Shown piece after piece: positions 46,186 to 55,698 of a DNA stretch of 64,000 nucleotides. Origin of the DNA: an uncultured Chloroflexia bacterium (GTDB lineage Bacteria; Chloroflexota; Dehalococcoidia; DSTF01; JALHUB01); the NCBI GenBank assembly GCA_963703345.1, contig OY969814.1, forward strand, positions 480,001 through 544,000. Reading direction: 5' to 3'. The position numbers and the translations under genes are program-made. Numbering within the stretch: position 1 is the stretch's first letter; every line of letters starts with the position of its first letter. The notes under the pieces are model-generated. The model had not been told where the DNA came from and did no database searches. It saw only the letters and a program-made list of their open reading frames with translations.

Positions 46186-46224
46186 AGCTTTCAAAAGGTC
46201 CGGGCGACCACGCCGGGTCGCGAG

Positions 46225-47229
46225 TTATTCGTTCAGCCAGCGGGCTGCCTCTTTGGCATGATATGTGATGACGATGTCCGCGCCGGCCCGCTTGATCGCC
46301 GTCAGCACCTCGAGCACGACGCGCTTCTCGTCGAGCCAGCCGTTCGCGGACGCCGCCTTTATCATAGCGTACTCGCCGCTGACGTTATAGGCGGCTAGCG
46401 GCAGGTCGAAGCGCTGGCGGGCGCGCGCCAGCACGTCGAGGTAGGCGAGCGCCGGCTTCACCATCACAATGTCGGCGCCTTCGGCCGCGTCGCTCTCAAT
46501 CTCGCGCAGCGCCTCGCGGACGTTCGCCGGGTCCATCTGGTAGCCGCAGCGGTCGCCGAACTGCGGCGCCGACTCCGCCGCCTCGCGGAAGGGGCCGTAG
46601 AAAGCGGAGGCGTACTTGGCCGCGTAGGCCATTATCGGCGTCTGCGCGAAGCCGTCCTCGTCGAGCGCCCGGCGGATCGCCGCGACCTGGCCGTCCATCA
46701 TCGCCGACGGGGCGACCATGTCGGCGCCGGCCTGGGCGTGCGAGAGCGCCGTCTTGGCGAGCAGCGGCAGCGTCGCGACGTTATCGACGTCGCCATTCTT
46801 GACGATGCCGCAGTGGCCGTGGCTGGTGTACTCGCAGAGGCAGACGTCGGTGATGACGAGGACCTCCGGGTCGGCCTGCTTGAGGGCGCGAACCGCCTGC
46901 TGGACGATGCCGTCCGCCGCGTACGCCTCGGACGCCTGCTCGTCCTTCGATGCCGGTATGCCGAAGAGGAGGACGGCGGGAATGCCGAGCTCGCGCAGCT
47001 CCCGGGCGTCTGCCGCAAGCTGGTCGACGGAGAGCTGCGCCTGGCCGGGCATGGACGGGATGGCGTTGCGGACGCCGCTGCCGTGCACGACGAACAACGG
47101 GTAGACGAAGTCCTCCGGCGACAGCCGCGTCTCCCGTACGAGGCGCCGTAGTGCCTCCGTTCGCCTCAACCGCCGCAGACGGGTAAGGGGGGAATGGAGA
47201 ATTGCGTTAACATCAGGACTCTGGAGCAT
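46225..47229 (-). CDS. hemB: Porphobilinogen synthase
   Basis: [37 protein letters not shown]. Start taken at ATG 47229 after AAGGAAGG. Confidence 0.97.
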   Translation of the reverse strand: MLQSPDVNAILHSPLTRLRRLRRTEALRRLVRETRLSPEDFVYPLFVVHGSGVRNAIPSMPGQAQLSVDQLAADARELRELGIPAVLLFGIPASKDEQASEAYAADGIVQQAVRALKQADPEVLVITDVCLCEYTSHGHCGIVKNGDVDNVATLPLLAKTALSHAQAGADMVAPSAMMDGQVAAIRRALDEDGFAQTPIMAYAAKYASAFYGPFREAAESAPQFGDRCGYQMDPANVREALREIESDAAEGADIVMVKPALAYLDVLARARQRFDLPLAAYNVSGEYAMIKAASANGWLDEKRVVLEVLTAIKRAGADIVITYHAKEAARWLNE

Positions 47230-47857
47230 GCGCCTTCCTTTCACCGGATGCAAGCTTGTAGAGTCGTCCGCTCTTGTAATCGAGTTCATACACGACGTTG
47301 AGCACGTCTTCGATCACCTCGATCGCCAAAGCTAATTCTTTCGGCTGCGGACGCTCCAACTCGTGAAGGGCCCTTCCGCCCAAGAACCGGAAGCTGTGCA
47401 AGTTATCAACGATTTTGTCGGGCACGTTGGATTTTAGGGTGTCTATCTTCTGCGGTAGGCGTTTCTTGGGGCCGGCCAAAGAAGGGTCTCTGTCCACGCA
47501 AATCGCCTCCAGTAATGCTCGTAACCCGGCCGCACACAGAATGTGTGATCCATTATTGAACGCCTGAACGATTTCAGCGTAGATGGAATCCAACTGGCTC
47601 GGAATGTTCTCGTACTCTTTCTTCTCCGCTTGGCCGGAGGATCGCGGCGGGTAGTAGGTGGGTTCGTCGTCCATCCAAGAATCAATGGCTAAAGTAGTTT
47701 CGCAGCCGAGGCATTCCCAGATGGCCCACGTTTCTTGAATGTCGAAATCATCATCAAGAACATAGGTCTTGCTATAGACAGCCCGGCGACTATGGCGAGT
47801 CAGGCGTTGGCACGTATTGCAGAAATGCTTCTCGACTTCGGCATCAGCGTGCTTCAT
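47213..47857 (-). CDS. DUF4145 (HEPN-like) protein with N-terminal Zn-ribbon
   Basis: CNTC and CLGC pairs, IY.E...[23 protein letters not shown]. Visibly more AT-rich than its neighbours. Confidence 0.8.
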   Translation of the reverse strand: MKHADAEVEKHFCNTCQRLTRHSRRAVYSKTYVLDDDFDIQETWAIWECLGCETTLAIDSWMDDEPTYYPPRSSGQAEKKEYENIPSQLDSIYAEIVQAFNNGSHILCAAGLRALLEAICVDRDPSLAGPKKRLPQKIDTLKSNVPDKIVDNLHSFRFLGGRALHELERPQPKELALAIEVIEDVLNVVYELDYKSGRLYKLASGERKAHAPES

Positions 47858-47971
47858 GTCCCCCTCCCGCGTCACGCCAGCATCATTGGGGAGCTCACGC
47901 AACTCCTGTTTCAACGGGGTGGAGCCCCTTTGGTCTGACTGGGCCATGACGCCGAGACTGGAAAATCTCGG

Positions 47972-48082
47972 CTACGTTTGTTCGAAATGAGTTTTCAGTG
48001 CCTTTATCAGCCCCTCGATTGTGTGCTACGACGCCTGGACGTCCATGCGCAGGCCCGCGCGACGCGCCGTGGCCGCCGTCAC
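47972..48082 (-). pseudogene. Decayed duplicate of the cobA-hemD 3' end
   Basis: Translates VTAATARRAGLRMDVQAS*HTIEGLIKALKTHFEQT* versus intact VTARTARRAGLRVDVQAPEHTIEGLLAVLESHLSQ*. Confidence 0.88.
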
Positions 48083-48720
48083 GGCTGCTTCCCTTTCGTG
48101 CCATTGGCAATGTACACTAGCCCGCCCGCATAGTCACGTCGCGAAACGTCTTCCAGAAGGGCGGGTAGCTCCTCCCACGCCTTCCGGTCGAGGTGGACGA
48201 CGCCGACGCCGGACAGGGCCACCAGCGGGGTCAGTGCCCTGGCCCATAGCGCCGAGCCGCGCTTGGGCTCCAGCAGCACGAGCCGGCCGCCGGGCTTGAG
48301 GACGCGCACTGCCTCCGCTAGCGCCTGCCGGTAGTCGGGGATGATCGCCATGGCGTAGGAGCAGAGTACGGCGTCGCATGAGTCGGCGGCGAGCGGTAGG
48401 TTAGTGGCGTCGCCTTCGACGAGGGCGGCGTTCTTCCAGTGATTGCGATCTGCTCTTCGTCGAGCGCGCTTCAGCATTGGGCGGGTGATGTCCGTGCCAA
48501 CGATCCTGCCCTTTGGGCCGACCCGTTCGATTATGTGGCTGAAGTTGAGGCCCGTGCCGCAGGCCAGGTCCAGCACCGTGTCCCCCGCGTTAGGCCGGAG
48601 GGCATCGAGGGCGGGCTTCCGCCAGCGCAGGAACGTACCGACGCGAAGGTCGTATATGCCGGCTACTAGGCTGTAGAGGCGCCGGACTCTGCGCTGCTCC
48701 TTCGCGGTCCCGCCCTTCAT
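48079..48720 (-). CDS. Class I SAM methyltransferase (UbiE/PmtA-like)
   Basis: Y...A..YD, VLDLACGTG.NF, RVLKPGG. Confidence 0.88.
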   Translation of the reverse strand: MKGGTAKEQRRVRRLYSLVAGIYDLRVGTFLRWRKPALDALRPNAGDTVLDLACGTGLNFSHIIERVGPKGRIVGTDITRPMLKRARRRADRNHWKNAALVEGDATNLPLAADSCDAVLCSYAMAIIPDYRQALAEAVRVLKPGGRLVLLEPKRGSALWARALTPLVALSGVGVVHLDRKAWEELPALLEDVSRRDYAGGLVYIANGTKGKQP

Positions 48721-50240
48721 TGCGACAGGTGACTTTCTAGGACCGCCAGCAGCCCCTCAATTGTGTGCTCCGGCGCTTGGACGTCTACGCGCAGGCCCGC
48801 TCGACGCGCCGTTCGCGCCGTCACCGGGCCGATGCAGGCGATCAGCGGCTTGTCCAACGGCGCCTTGTCGCCGTCCAGCATCTTCAGCAGGTTGCGCACC
48901 GCCGACGAGCTGGCAAACGTGACGATGTCAACCTCGCCGGCGCGCAGTCGGGCCATTGCCTCGGCGTCGACCTCTTTCGGCACGGCGGCGCTGTACAGCG
49001 GCAGCTCGTCGACCGTCGCGCCCAGCCGCTCCAGCCCGGTGACCAGCGCTCGACGGGCGCCGCGGGCCCGCGGCCAGAGCACGCGCTGCCCCATTATACC
49101 GCGCTCCGCCAGGGCTTCGACGACGCCTTCTGCCAGAAAACGCTCCGGCACGAGGTCGGCGTGGATGCCGTGGCGGCCGAGCGCTGTCGCCGTCGCCGGG
49201 CCGATGGCGCAGACACGGGCGCGACCCAGGGCACGGGCGTCCTTCTTGCGACGTCGCAGTTCGTCGAAGAAGACATCGACGCCGTTGGCGCTGCTGAAGA
49301 CGAGCCAGTCGTACTCGCCGGCGTCGAGACCTTCGAGTGAGCGGCGCAACGCTTTCTGGTCGATGCGCGGGACGATCTCGATCGCGGGCAATTCTATTGG
49401 CTCCGCGCCCGCCTTGGCCAGGGCGTGCGAGAAGACGCCGGCCTGCTCAGCGGCGCGGGTCACAAGAACGCGCTTGCCGAAGAGGGGACGGTTGTCGAAC
49501 CAGCGGAGCTTGTCGCGCAGGCGAACGACGGGCCCGACGACCGTGACGAGCGGCGGCTCGAGGCCGGCCTCGGCGACGCGCTTCGCCAAATCGGAAATGG
49601 TTACCGCGATTACTGCCTGATTCGGCGTGGTTCCCCAGCGTACAACGGCGGCCGGCTCATCCGGCGATCGGCCGCATTCGGAGATGAGTCTCATGATCTC
49701 GTCCAGATTCGAGCCGCCCATCAGGATAATCAGCGTGTCGGCGCTCTTCGCGATGCGTTCCCAGTCGACGGCGTTCTCCGCCTTCTCCGGGTCCTCATGG
49801 CCCGTCACCACCGTGAACGACGACGACAGCCCGCGATGCGTCACCGGAATGCCGGCGTAAGCGGGTGCCGCGATAGCCGACGACACGCCGGGGACGACCT
49901 CGAATGGAATGCCGGCGTCCGCCAGCGCCTCCGCCTCCTCGCCGCCGCGCCCGAAGACGAATGGGTCGCCGCCCTTGAGACGGACCACCCGTTTGCCCTC
50001 GCGCGCCTTAGCCACGAGCAACTCGTTGATCTGCTTCTGACTGAAGCCGGAGCCGTCCTCTGTCGGATGCTTGCCGACGAAGATGCGCTCCGCCTTCGCC
50101 GGCGCCAGGTCGACGAGGCGACGGCTGACCAGGCGGTCGTAGACGACCACCTCCGCGCGAGAAAGCGCGTCGACGCCGGCGACCGTTATCAGTCCCGGGT
50201 CGCCGGGGCCCGCGCCGACAAGCCAGACACGTCCGTTCAT
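48717..50240 (-). CDS. cobA: Fused uroporphyrinogen-III C-methyltransferase / synthase (CobA-HemD)
   Basis: LVGAGPGDPGLIT, RLKGGDPFVFGRGGEE, then PLFGKRVLVTRA, FSSANGV, TFASSSAV. Confidence 0.96.
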   Translation of the reverse strand: MNGRVWLVGAGPGDPGLITVAGVDALSRAEVVVYDRLVSRRLVDLAPAKAERIFVGKHPTEDGSGFSQKQINELLVAKAREGKRVVRLKGGDPFVFGRGGEEAEALADAGIPFEVVPGVSSAIAAPAYAGIPVTHRGLSSSFTVVTGHEDPEKAENAVDWERIAKSADTLIILMGGSNLDEIMRLISECGRSPDEPAAVVRWGTTPNQAVIAVTISDLAKRVAEAGLEPPLVTVVGPVVRLRDKLRWFDNRPLFGKRVLVTRAAEQAGVFSHALAKAGAEPIELPAIEIVPRIDQKALRRSLEGLDAGEYDWLVFSSANGVDVFFDELRRRKKDARALGRARVCAIGPATATALGRHGIHADLVPERFLAEGVVEALAERGIMGQRVLWPRARGARRALVTGLERLGATVDELPLYSAAVPKEVDAEAMARLRAGEVDIVTFASSSAVRNLLKMLDGDKAPLDKPLIACIGPVTARTARRAGLRVDVQAPEHTIEGLLAVLESHLSQ

Positions 50241-51163
50241 GGCGACAGCTCCTCGAGGATGTCCGACGCTCCTTCGGCCAGCAGGCTCTCCGCCAGGCGC
50301 TCGCCCAGCGACTCCGCGTCGTTGGGAGCGCCGCTGATCTCGCCGCGAACCGCCTGCCGGGCGCGCGGATCGACCACGAGCCCCTGCAAGCGGAGCTTTC
50401 CGCCTTCCACGTTGGCGAATGCCGCGACGGGCACGCTGCAGCCGCCGCCAAGGCGACGCAAGAACGCCCGCTCCGCCGCCGTCGCCGCGCGCGATTCGGA
50501 GTCGTCGACGGTGGAAGCGACGTCTCGCGCCTCAGCGTCGTCGCCCCGCGTCTCGACCGCCAGAGCCCCTTGCCCGGGCGCGGGCAGCATCGCTTCCAGC
50601 GAGAGCAGCTCCGACGCGGCATCCAGCCGGCCAAGCCGCGCCAGCGCCGCCGCGGCGACGATGATCCCGTCCATTTCGCTGGACTCGACCTTACCGAGGC
50701 GCGTGTCGACATTGCCGCGAATGGGCAGCGGCTTCACGTCCGGCCGAAGGAGGAGCAACTGCGCCGCTCGTCGCACGCTGCCCGTTCCGATGCGCGCCCC
50801 TTCCGGAAGCTGCGCGAGAGTGCGACCGCCGGCGGCCACCAGCGCATCGCGCGGGTCCTCGCGACGGGTCACCGCCGCCAGGGCGAGGCGATGGTGCATT
50901 GTCGTCGGCAGGTCCTTCAGGCTGTGGACCGCTATGTCGATCTGCCCGTCGAGGAGCGCCTCTTCGAGCTCTTTCGTGAATACGCCCTCGCCGGCGATCT
51001 CCGAAAGCGGCTGCGGACGGCGGTCGCCCGTAGTGCTGACGGCTCGCACCTCGAAACGGCAGTCCGGACGGCTCTGTTGGAGAGCTGCGACCACTATGTC
51101 CGTTTGCCGTCGGGCCAGCCGGCTGCCTCGCGTCCCTACGATCAGCTTCCTGCCCGTCGCCAC
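50237..51163 (-). CDS. hemC: Hydroxymethylbilane synthase
   Basis: GTRGSRLA, FTKELEEAL, AVHSLKD, IRGNVDTRL, GGGCSVP. Confidence 0.97.
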   Translation of the reverse strand: MATGRKLIVGTRGSRLARRQTDIVVAALQQSRPDCRFEVRAVSTTGDRRPQPLSEIAGEGVFTKELEEALLDGQIDIAVHSLKDLPTTMHHRLALAAVTRREDPRDALVAAGGRTLAQLPEGARIGTGSVRRAAQLLLLRPDVKPLPIRGNVDTRLGKVESSEMDGIIVAAAALARLGRLDAASELLSLEAMLPAPGQGALAVETRGDDAEARDVASTVDDSESRAATAAERAFLRRLGGGCSVPVAAFANVEGGKLRLQGLVVDPRARQAVRGEISGAPNDAESLGERLAESLLAEGASDILEELSP

Positions 51164-51164
51164 G

Positions 51165-52442
51165 TCAAGGGCCCGCCTCGCCGGCCCGGGTCGACTTCTC
51201 GTCAGTGCCGAACAGTTCGCGCGCCGCCTCAACGACGGCCGGGCCGCCTGCCTTCGCCTTCAAGCGCGAGATAGGCCGGTGGAGGAGCTTCTTGACGATG
51301 GCCTCGGAGAGGCTCTCGATGCGCAGCTTCTCCTCGTCCGAAAGGTCGGGCAGGCGCGCCAGCGTCTTCGCTACCTCCGCGCGACGTATCCTCTCGGCGT
51401 AGCGACGCATCGCGCTGATCGTCGGCACGACGGCCAGGGAGCGCGACCAGTCGAGGAAGCGTTTCGCCTCCTCTTCGACGATCGCCTCGACCGCCGCCGA
51501 CTCTTTCTGCCGCGCGCGGCGATTCGCTTCGGCGACCGACTGGAGGTCGTCTATGTCATACAGGTACACGCCGTCGAGATCGCGCACCGCCGGCTCAACG
51601 TCCCGCGGCACGGCGATGTCGATGAGCAGTAGCGGCGAGCCGTCGCGCCGCGACATGACTTGGCCGACCAAGTCACGATCGATGATGAAGGATGGCGACC
51701 CGGACGAAGTTATGACGATGTCCGAGCTGGCCAGCGCCTCGCCCAGCCGGTCGAGAGGCATCGCCTCGCCGGACAGCTCCGACGCCAACTCTTCGGCGCG
51801 CTCGAACCGCCGGCTCACTACCAGCGTGCGCCCGACGCCGCAGTCCTGCAGGGCGTGCGCCGTCAGCTTGCCCGCCTCGCCGGCGCTGATGACGAGCGCG
51901 CAGCGCTTCGAGAGGTCGCCAAGCGTCTTTCGCGCCAGGGCAACGGCGGCTGCGCTCACCGAAAGGCCGTGGCGGCCGATCTCCGTCTCGCTGCGCGCGC
52001 GCCGGCCGACGCGGATGGCCGAATGAAATAGTCGCGCCAGGTAGGGATTCGTTGAGCGGGCGTCCGTGGCGGCGATGAAGGCGGCGCGCACCTGCCCCAG
52101 TATCTCCGCCTCGCCCAGCACCTGCGATTCTATGCCGGCCGTGACGCGGAACAGGTGGCGTACGGCTTCGGCGTCCTGATAGAAATGGAAGCGGTCGTCG
52201 AACAGCCCTTCGGTCAGCCCCTTCGCCTCCGTGAGGAAGGAGAGCATCTGCTCCGGCATGTCGCGACCGCGCGGAGCGTCGACATACAGCTCGGTGCGAT
52301 TGCAGGTGGAAAGGATGACGCCGCCGCCGAACTCCCGTCGCAGCCCGGCGAGCGCGCGCTCCACCTCCTCGGCGCAGAACGCGAAGCGCTCCCGCACCGC
52401 GACCGGCGCCGTCTTTTGGTTAATCGTTGCTAGATAGAGCAT
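51165..52442 (-). CDS. hemA: Glutamyl-tRNA reductase
   Basis: KTAPVAVRERFAF, LSTCNRTE, SQVLGEAEILGQ, DIAVPRD. Confidence 0.96.
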   Translation of the reverse strand: MLYLATINQKTAPVAVRERFAFCAEEVERALAGLRREFGGGVILSTCNRTELYVDAPRGRDMPEQMLSFLTEAKGLTEGLFDDRFHFYQDAEAVRHLFRVTAGIESQVLGEAEILGQVRAAFIAATDARSTNPYLARLFHSAIRVGRRARSETEIGRHGLSVSAAAVALARKTLGDLSKRCALVISAGEAGKLTAHALQDCGVGRTLVVSRRFERAEELASELSGEAMPLDRLGEALASSDIVITSSGSPSFIIDRDLVGQVMSRRDGSPLLLIDIAVPRDVEPAVRDLDGVYLYDIDDLQSVAEANRRARQKESAAVEAIVEEEAKRFLDWSRSLAVVPTISAMRRYAERIRRAEVAKTLARLPDLSDEEKLRIESLSEAIVKKLLHRPISRLKAKAGGPAVVEAARELFGTDEKSTRAGEAGP

Positions 52443-52467
52443 GTAGCGCAGGCCTCTGCCAATCGAT

Positions 52468-53109
52468 TCATGCCTTGAGTTGCGCGCCGGCGCCCAGCGA
52501 CGCCAGCAGCCTCGCCCGCGCCTCGTCGAAGCGGCCACCGGCGATGAGCTCCAGCAGGCGGCTGTCGATGCTCCGCTGCCACGCCTCTGCCGCGACGACG
52601 ACGCCGCGCTCCCGGAGCTCGACCCGCACGTCGGCGAGAAGCTGCGCCAGCCGTTCGAAGTCCTCCGAGACGTACGTCTCCAGCTCCTGCCGCAGCCAGC
52701 GGGCCAGCGCTGGGCTGAGGCCGCCGGTCGATATTGCGAGGACGACGTCGCCGCGGCGAATGACCGACGGCACGATGAAGTCGCAGAGCGCCGGCTGGTC
52801 GACGACGTTCACAAAGACGCCGCTCCGGCGCGCGTCCAGGGCCACGCGCTCGTTGGTCACCGGGTCGTCCGTCGCCGCGATGACGACGGTATATCCCTTC
52901 AGATCGCCGCTCTGGTACTGTCTCGCAACGTGCTGGATGCGTCTTTCCGCTTTCAGCCTGTCTATCTCCGGCTCGAGCGCGGCGCTGACGACGCTGACGG
53001 CGGCGCCGGCGGCCAGCAGACCCTCGACCTTTCGCGCTGCGACCTGCCCGCCGCCGACGACGAGGCAGCGTCGGCCCTTCATCTCCAGGAACAGCGGATA
53101 GTAACCCAT
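52468..53109 (-). CDS. Precorrin-2 dehydrogenase / sirohydrochlorin ferrochelatase (SirC, CysG-N type)
   Basis: YYPLFL, VVGGGQVAARK, NVVDQP.LCDF, ISTGG.SPALA. Confidence 0.93.
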   Translation of the reverse strand: MGYYPLFLEMKGRRCLVVGGGQVAARKVEGLLAAGAAVSVVSAALEPEIDRLKAERRIQHVARQYQSGDLKGYTVVIAATDDPVTNERVALDARRSGVFVNVVDQPALCDFIVPSVIRRGDVVLAISTGGLSPALARWLRQELETYVSEDFERLAQLLADVRVELRERGVVVAAEAWQRSIDSRLLELIAGGRFDEARARLLASLGAGAQLKA

Positions 53110-53114
53110 CGTCG

Positions 53115-54329
53115 CTACTGTCCCGCCTGGGCCGTGGCCTCTTCCGGCGCCATGTTCAGCTCGGCGTCGGTCATGTAGCAGGCGGGGTCCTCCATCCAGA
53201 AGTCGCCGAAGTAGGACTCGGCGCGGGCCCGCAGGTTGCCGTTGCAGATGTCGAAATAGCCGCAGCGGGCGCAGCGACCTTTCACCCGCCCGCGACGATG
53301 TCTGAGGGCGGCGAGAACGGGGTCGCTTTCGTCCGTCCAGATCTCGCTGAAAGGCCGCTCGCGGACGTTGCCGAAGGTGTGGCTGCCGCTAAACTGGTCG
53401 GCGTGCACGTTCCCCAGCGGGTCGATGTTGCCGACGGCGATCCCGGACTGGTTGCCGCCCTGCCAGCGCAACATCTGGAGCACCTCGTCGGCGCGCTGGG
53501 GCTCCATCTCGCGCACGGTCTGATAGAGGTAGACCGCGTCGGTGTGGTTGTCGACGGTAAGGACGTCCTTCGTATTGCCGCGGCGGGCGAAGTCGAGCGT
53601 CCGCGCGAAGATGAGGTCGACGGCGGCGCGCGTGTCGGCGTGCGACAGGTCGAACTTGACGATCTTATCGCCGCGGCCGGCGTAAGCGAGGTGATAGAAG
53701 CAGACCCGCGGAATGTCCTCACTGTCCACGATATCGAAGATGTCCTTCAGATGCGCGTAGCTGAACTGCGTAAGCGTCACACGCAGCCCTACGCGCAGGC
53801 CGACTTCCTTGCAGTTGCGGATGCCCTGCAGCGCTTCTTGATAGGCGCCGGCCATGCCCCGGAAGCGGTCGTGCACCGGCGGTGGCCCGTCGATGCTGAC
53901 GCCGACGTACGACACGCCGAGGTCTTTCATCTTCTGCGCGACGCCGTGGATCAGCAGCGTGCCGTTGGTGGAAAGGACGCTGCGGATTCCCCGCATCTGC
54001 GCCCGCTCAACGAGCTCCGGCAGGTCCGGTCGCAGCAGAGGCTCGCCGCCGCTGAACAGGATGACCGGCACGCCGAACGCCGCCAGGTCGTCGATGACGG
54101 CCTTTGCCTCTTCCGTCGTCAGCTCGCCCTCAAAGGCGCGGTCGAAGGAGTCGCTGTAGCAGTGGGCGCAGTGCAGATTGCAGCGCCGGGTCACGTTCCA
54201 GGCGATGACCGGCTTCTTGTCCTGCGAGTAGTGCAGCAGGTGCGGCGGCAGCTCCCCGGAAAGCCGCCCAAAGCGCAGCGCATCGCCGGGCGTGATGGTT
54301 CCGCACAAGAGCCTTGTGACCCCTAGCAT
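53115..54329 (-). CDS. ahbC: Radical SAM/SPASM enzyme, AhbC-like (siroheme-dependent heme synthesis)
   Basis: WNVTRRCNLHCAHCY, RVCFYHL.Y.GRG, VLTVDNH.D, C..C....IC.GN.R.RA, located in the heme operon. Confidence 0.85.
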   Translation of the reverse strand: MLGVTRLLCGTITPGDALRFGRLSGELPPHLLHYSQDKKPVIAWNVTRRCNLHCAHCYSDSFDRAFEGELTTEEAKAVIDDLAAFGVPVILFSGGEPLLRPDLPELVERAQMRGIRSVLSTNGTLLIHGVAQKMKDLGVSYVGVSIDGPPPVHDRFRGMAGAYQEALQGIRNCKEVGLRVGLRVTLTQFSYAHLKDIFDIVDSEDIPRVCFYHLAYAGRGDKIVKFDLSHADTRAAVDLIFARTLDFARRGNTKDVLTVDNHTDAVYLYQTVREMEPQRADEVLQMLRWQGGNQSGIAVGNIDPLGNVHADQFSGSHTFGNVRERPFSEIWTDESDPVLAALRHRRGRVKGRCARCGYFDICNGNLRARAESYFGDFWMEDPACYMTDAELNMAPEEATAQAGQ

Positions 54330-54517
54330 GCAGACATCCTCTGGAGAAACGTCTCCGAAAGCGAATTCGCTATCATTATTATGACATGGCCGCAGACAGG
54401 AAGTATACTGACTAGCGGAGCGGTCGGCGGGAGTCAGGCCGTTGAAAGCCGCATCGCCGCCGGCTAGACTGGCGCTTGACAGGGACGGCAAGGCAGCCAA
54501 GCGGAAGGAGCGGCACC

Positions 54518-54769
54518 ATGGCTGAGCAGCAGATAGGCATCATCAACGAGTTCTTCGCCAGGATAAACGTCGCCGGCATCGAGCTCAGCGATACGCTGCG
54601 CGTGGGCGACACGATCCACGTCAAGGGGCACACCACGGACCTGGAGCAGACGGTGGACTCGATGCAGATCGAGCGCGAGGAGGTACAGGAGGCGAAAGCC
54701 GGTCAGGCCGTGGGAATCAAGGTGAAAGACCGCGTGCGCCACGGCGACCACGTCTACAAAGTCACCTAG
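54518..54769 (+). CDS. Small translation-factor-like beta-barrel protein
   Basis: IG....FF....VAGI.L..TL.VGDTIH.KGHTTD..Q.V.SMQI. SD AAGGAG. Confidence 0.82.
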   Translation: MAEQQIGIINEFFARINVAGIELSDTLRVGDTIHVKGHTTDLEQTVDSMQIEREEVQEAKAGQAVGIKVKDRVRHGDHVYKVT

Positions 54770-54781
54770 CCGGCGCCTCGG

Positions 54782-55105
54782 TTACTCTTCCTCTTCGCCT
54801 TCTGTCCCGTCCAGGCGGACGGCGTTCTCTATCTCCTCGGGCGTCAGGCCCTCCAGGATCTCGTCGGGCGACTCACCGCGGCGCTGACGGCGCGTGATGG
54901 CGATGCCCGCGAGAAGGACCGCGCCGGTAGAAAGGATCGCTGCCGGCCCGGCGAGGCGACTGTAGCGCTTCCGCAGCTCCGGGAACTTGTCCAGCGCCCT
55001 GTGCGCCAGCCCCAGCGCGTCGTTCGTCAGACCGTCCGGCTGTTCGCCGATGACCGGCTGCTCCCAGATGTCGTCGTCAGGAGTTGGCTCCCTCACTTGT
55101 TCCAT
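54782..55105 (-). CDS. Hypothetical single-TM protein
   Basis: MEQVREPTPDD start directly after ribH, one TM segment, acidic tail. Confidence 0.65.
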   Translation of the reverse strand: MEQVREPTPDDDIWEQPVIGEQPDGLTNDALGLAHRALDKFPELRKRYSRLAGPAAILSTGAVLLAGIAITRRQRRGESPDEILEGLTPEEIENAVRLDGTEGEEEE

Positions 55106-55113
55106 GTCGGTCA

Positions 55114-55605
55114 CTATCCCTGCTCCTTCTCCCCCACTGCGTCGATCTTCTTCAGCAGGTTCGCCATCCGCACGGCCGTCATCACGGCGTCGTAGCCCTT
55201 GTTGCCGTGCGCGCCGCCGGCCCGCTCGACTGCCTGCTGAAGCGTGTTCGCGGTGACGACGCCAAAGGCCACCGGCACACCCGTCTCGAGCGCCACCCGC
55301 GCGATGCCTTCCGCCGCCGGCCCGGCCACGTAGTCGAAATGAGGCGTCTCGCCGCGCAGAACGCACCCCAGGCAGACGATAGCCTGATAACGTCCTGTTC
55401 CGGCGAAGCGCTTCGCCGCCAGCGCCAACTCGAATGAGCCCGGCACCCAGGCGACGGCGACATCCCCATCATCGAGGCCGCATTTCGTCAGCGCTTCCCT
55501 GGCGCCGGCGAGGAGCTTCTCCGTGAGAGCCTCGTTAAACCGGGAAACGACGATGGCCAGAGACAGACCGTTGCCGTCCGGCTCTCCCTCCAGGACTCGC
55601 GACAA
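55114..55605 (-). CDS. ribH: 6,7-dimethyl-8-ribityllumazine synthase
   Basis: IVVSRFN, WVPGSFEL, RGETPHFDYV, HGNKG. Confidence 0.97.
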   Translation of the reverse strand: MSRVLEGEPDGNGLSLAIVVSRFNEALTEKLLAGAREALTKCGLDDGDVAVAWVPGSFELALAAKRFAGTGRYQAIVCLGCVLRGETPHFDYVAGPAAEGIARVALETGVPVAFGVVTANTLQQAVERAGGAHGNKGYDAVMTAVRMANLLKKIDAVGEKEQG

Positions 55606-55698
55606 TCGTCACCTCGTCGGTGGTGGACTGATCCGGCGCACGCCGTGGTCGCCGGGACCGGCCCACGCCGTCATTCAGCAGGACGGGTAGGCCGCGGC

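Noticed and set aside
47168-47213. Alternative hemB start at ATG 47213 with a frameshift in a C run
   Set aside because: An in-frame ATG with a good SD exists at 47229, so no frameshift is needed.
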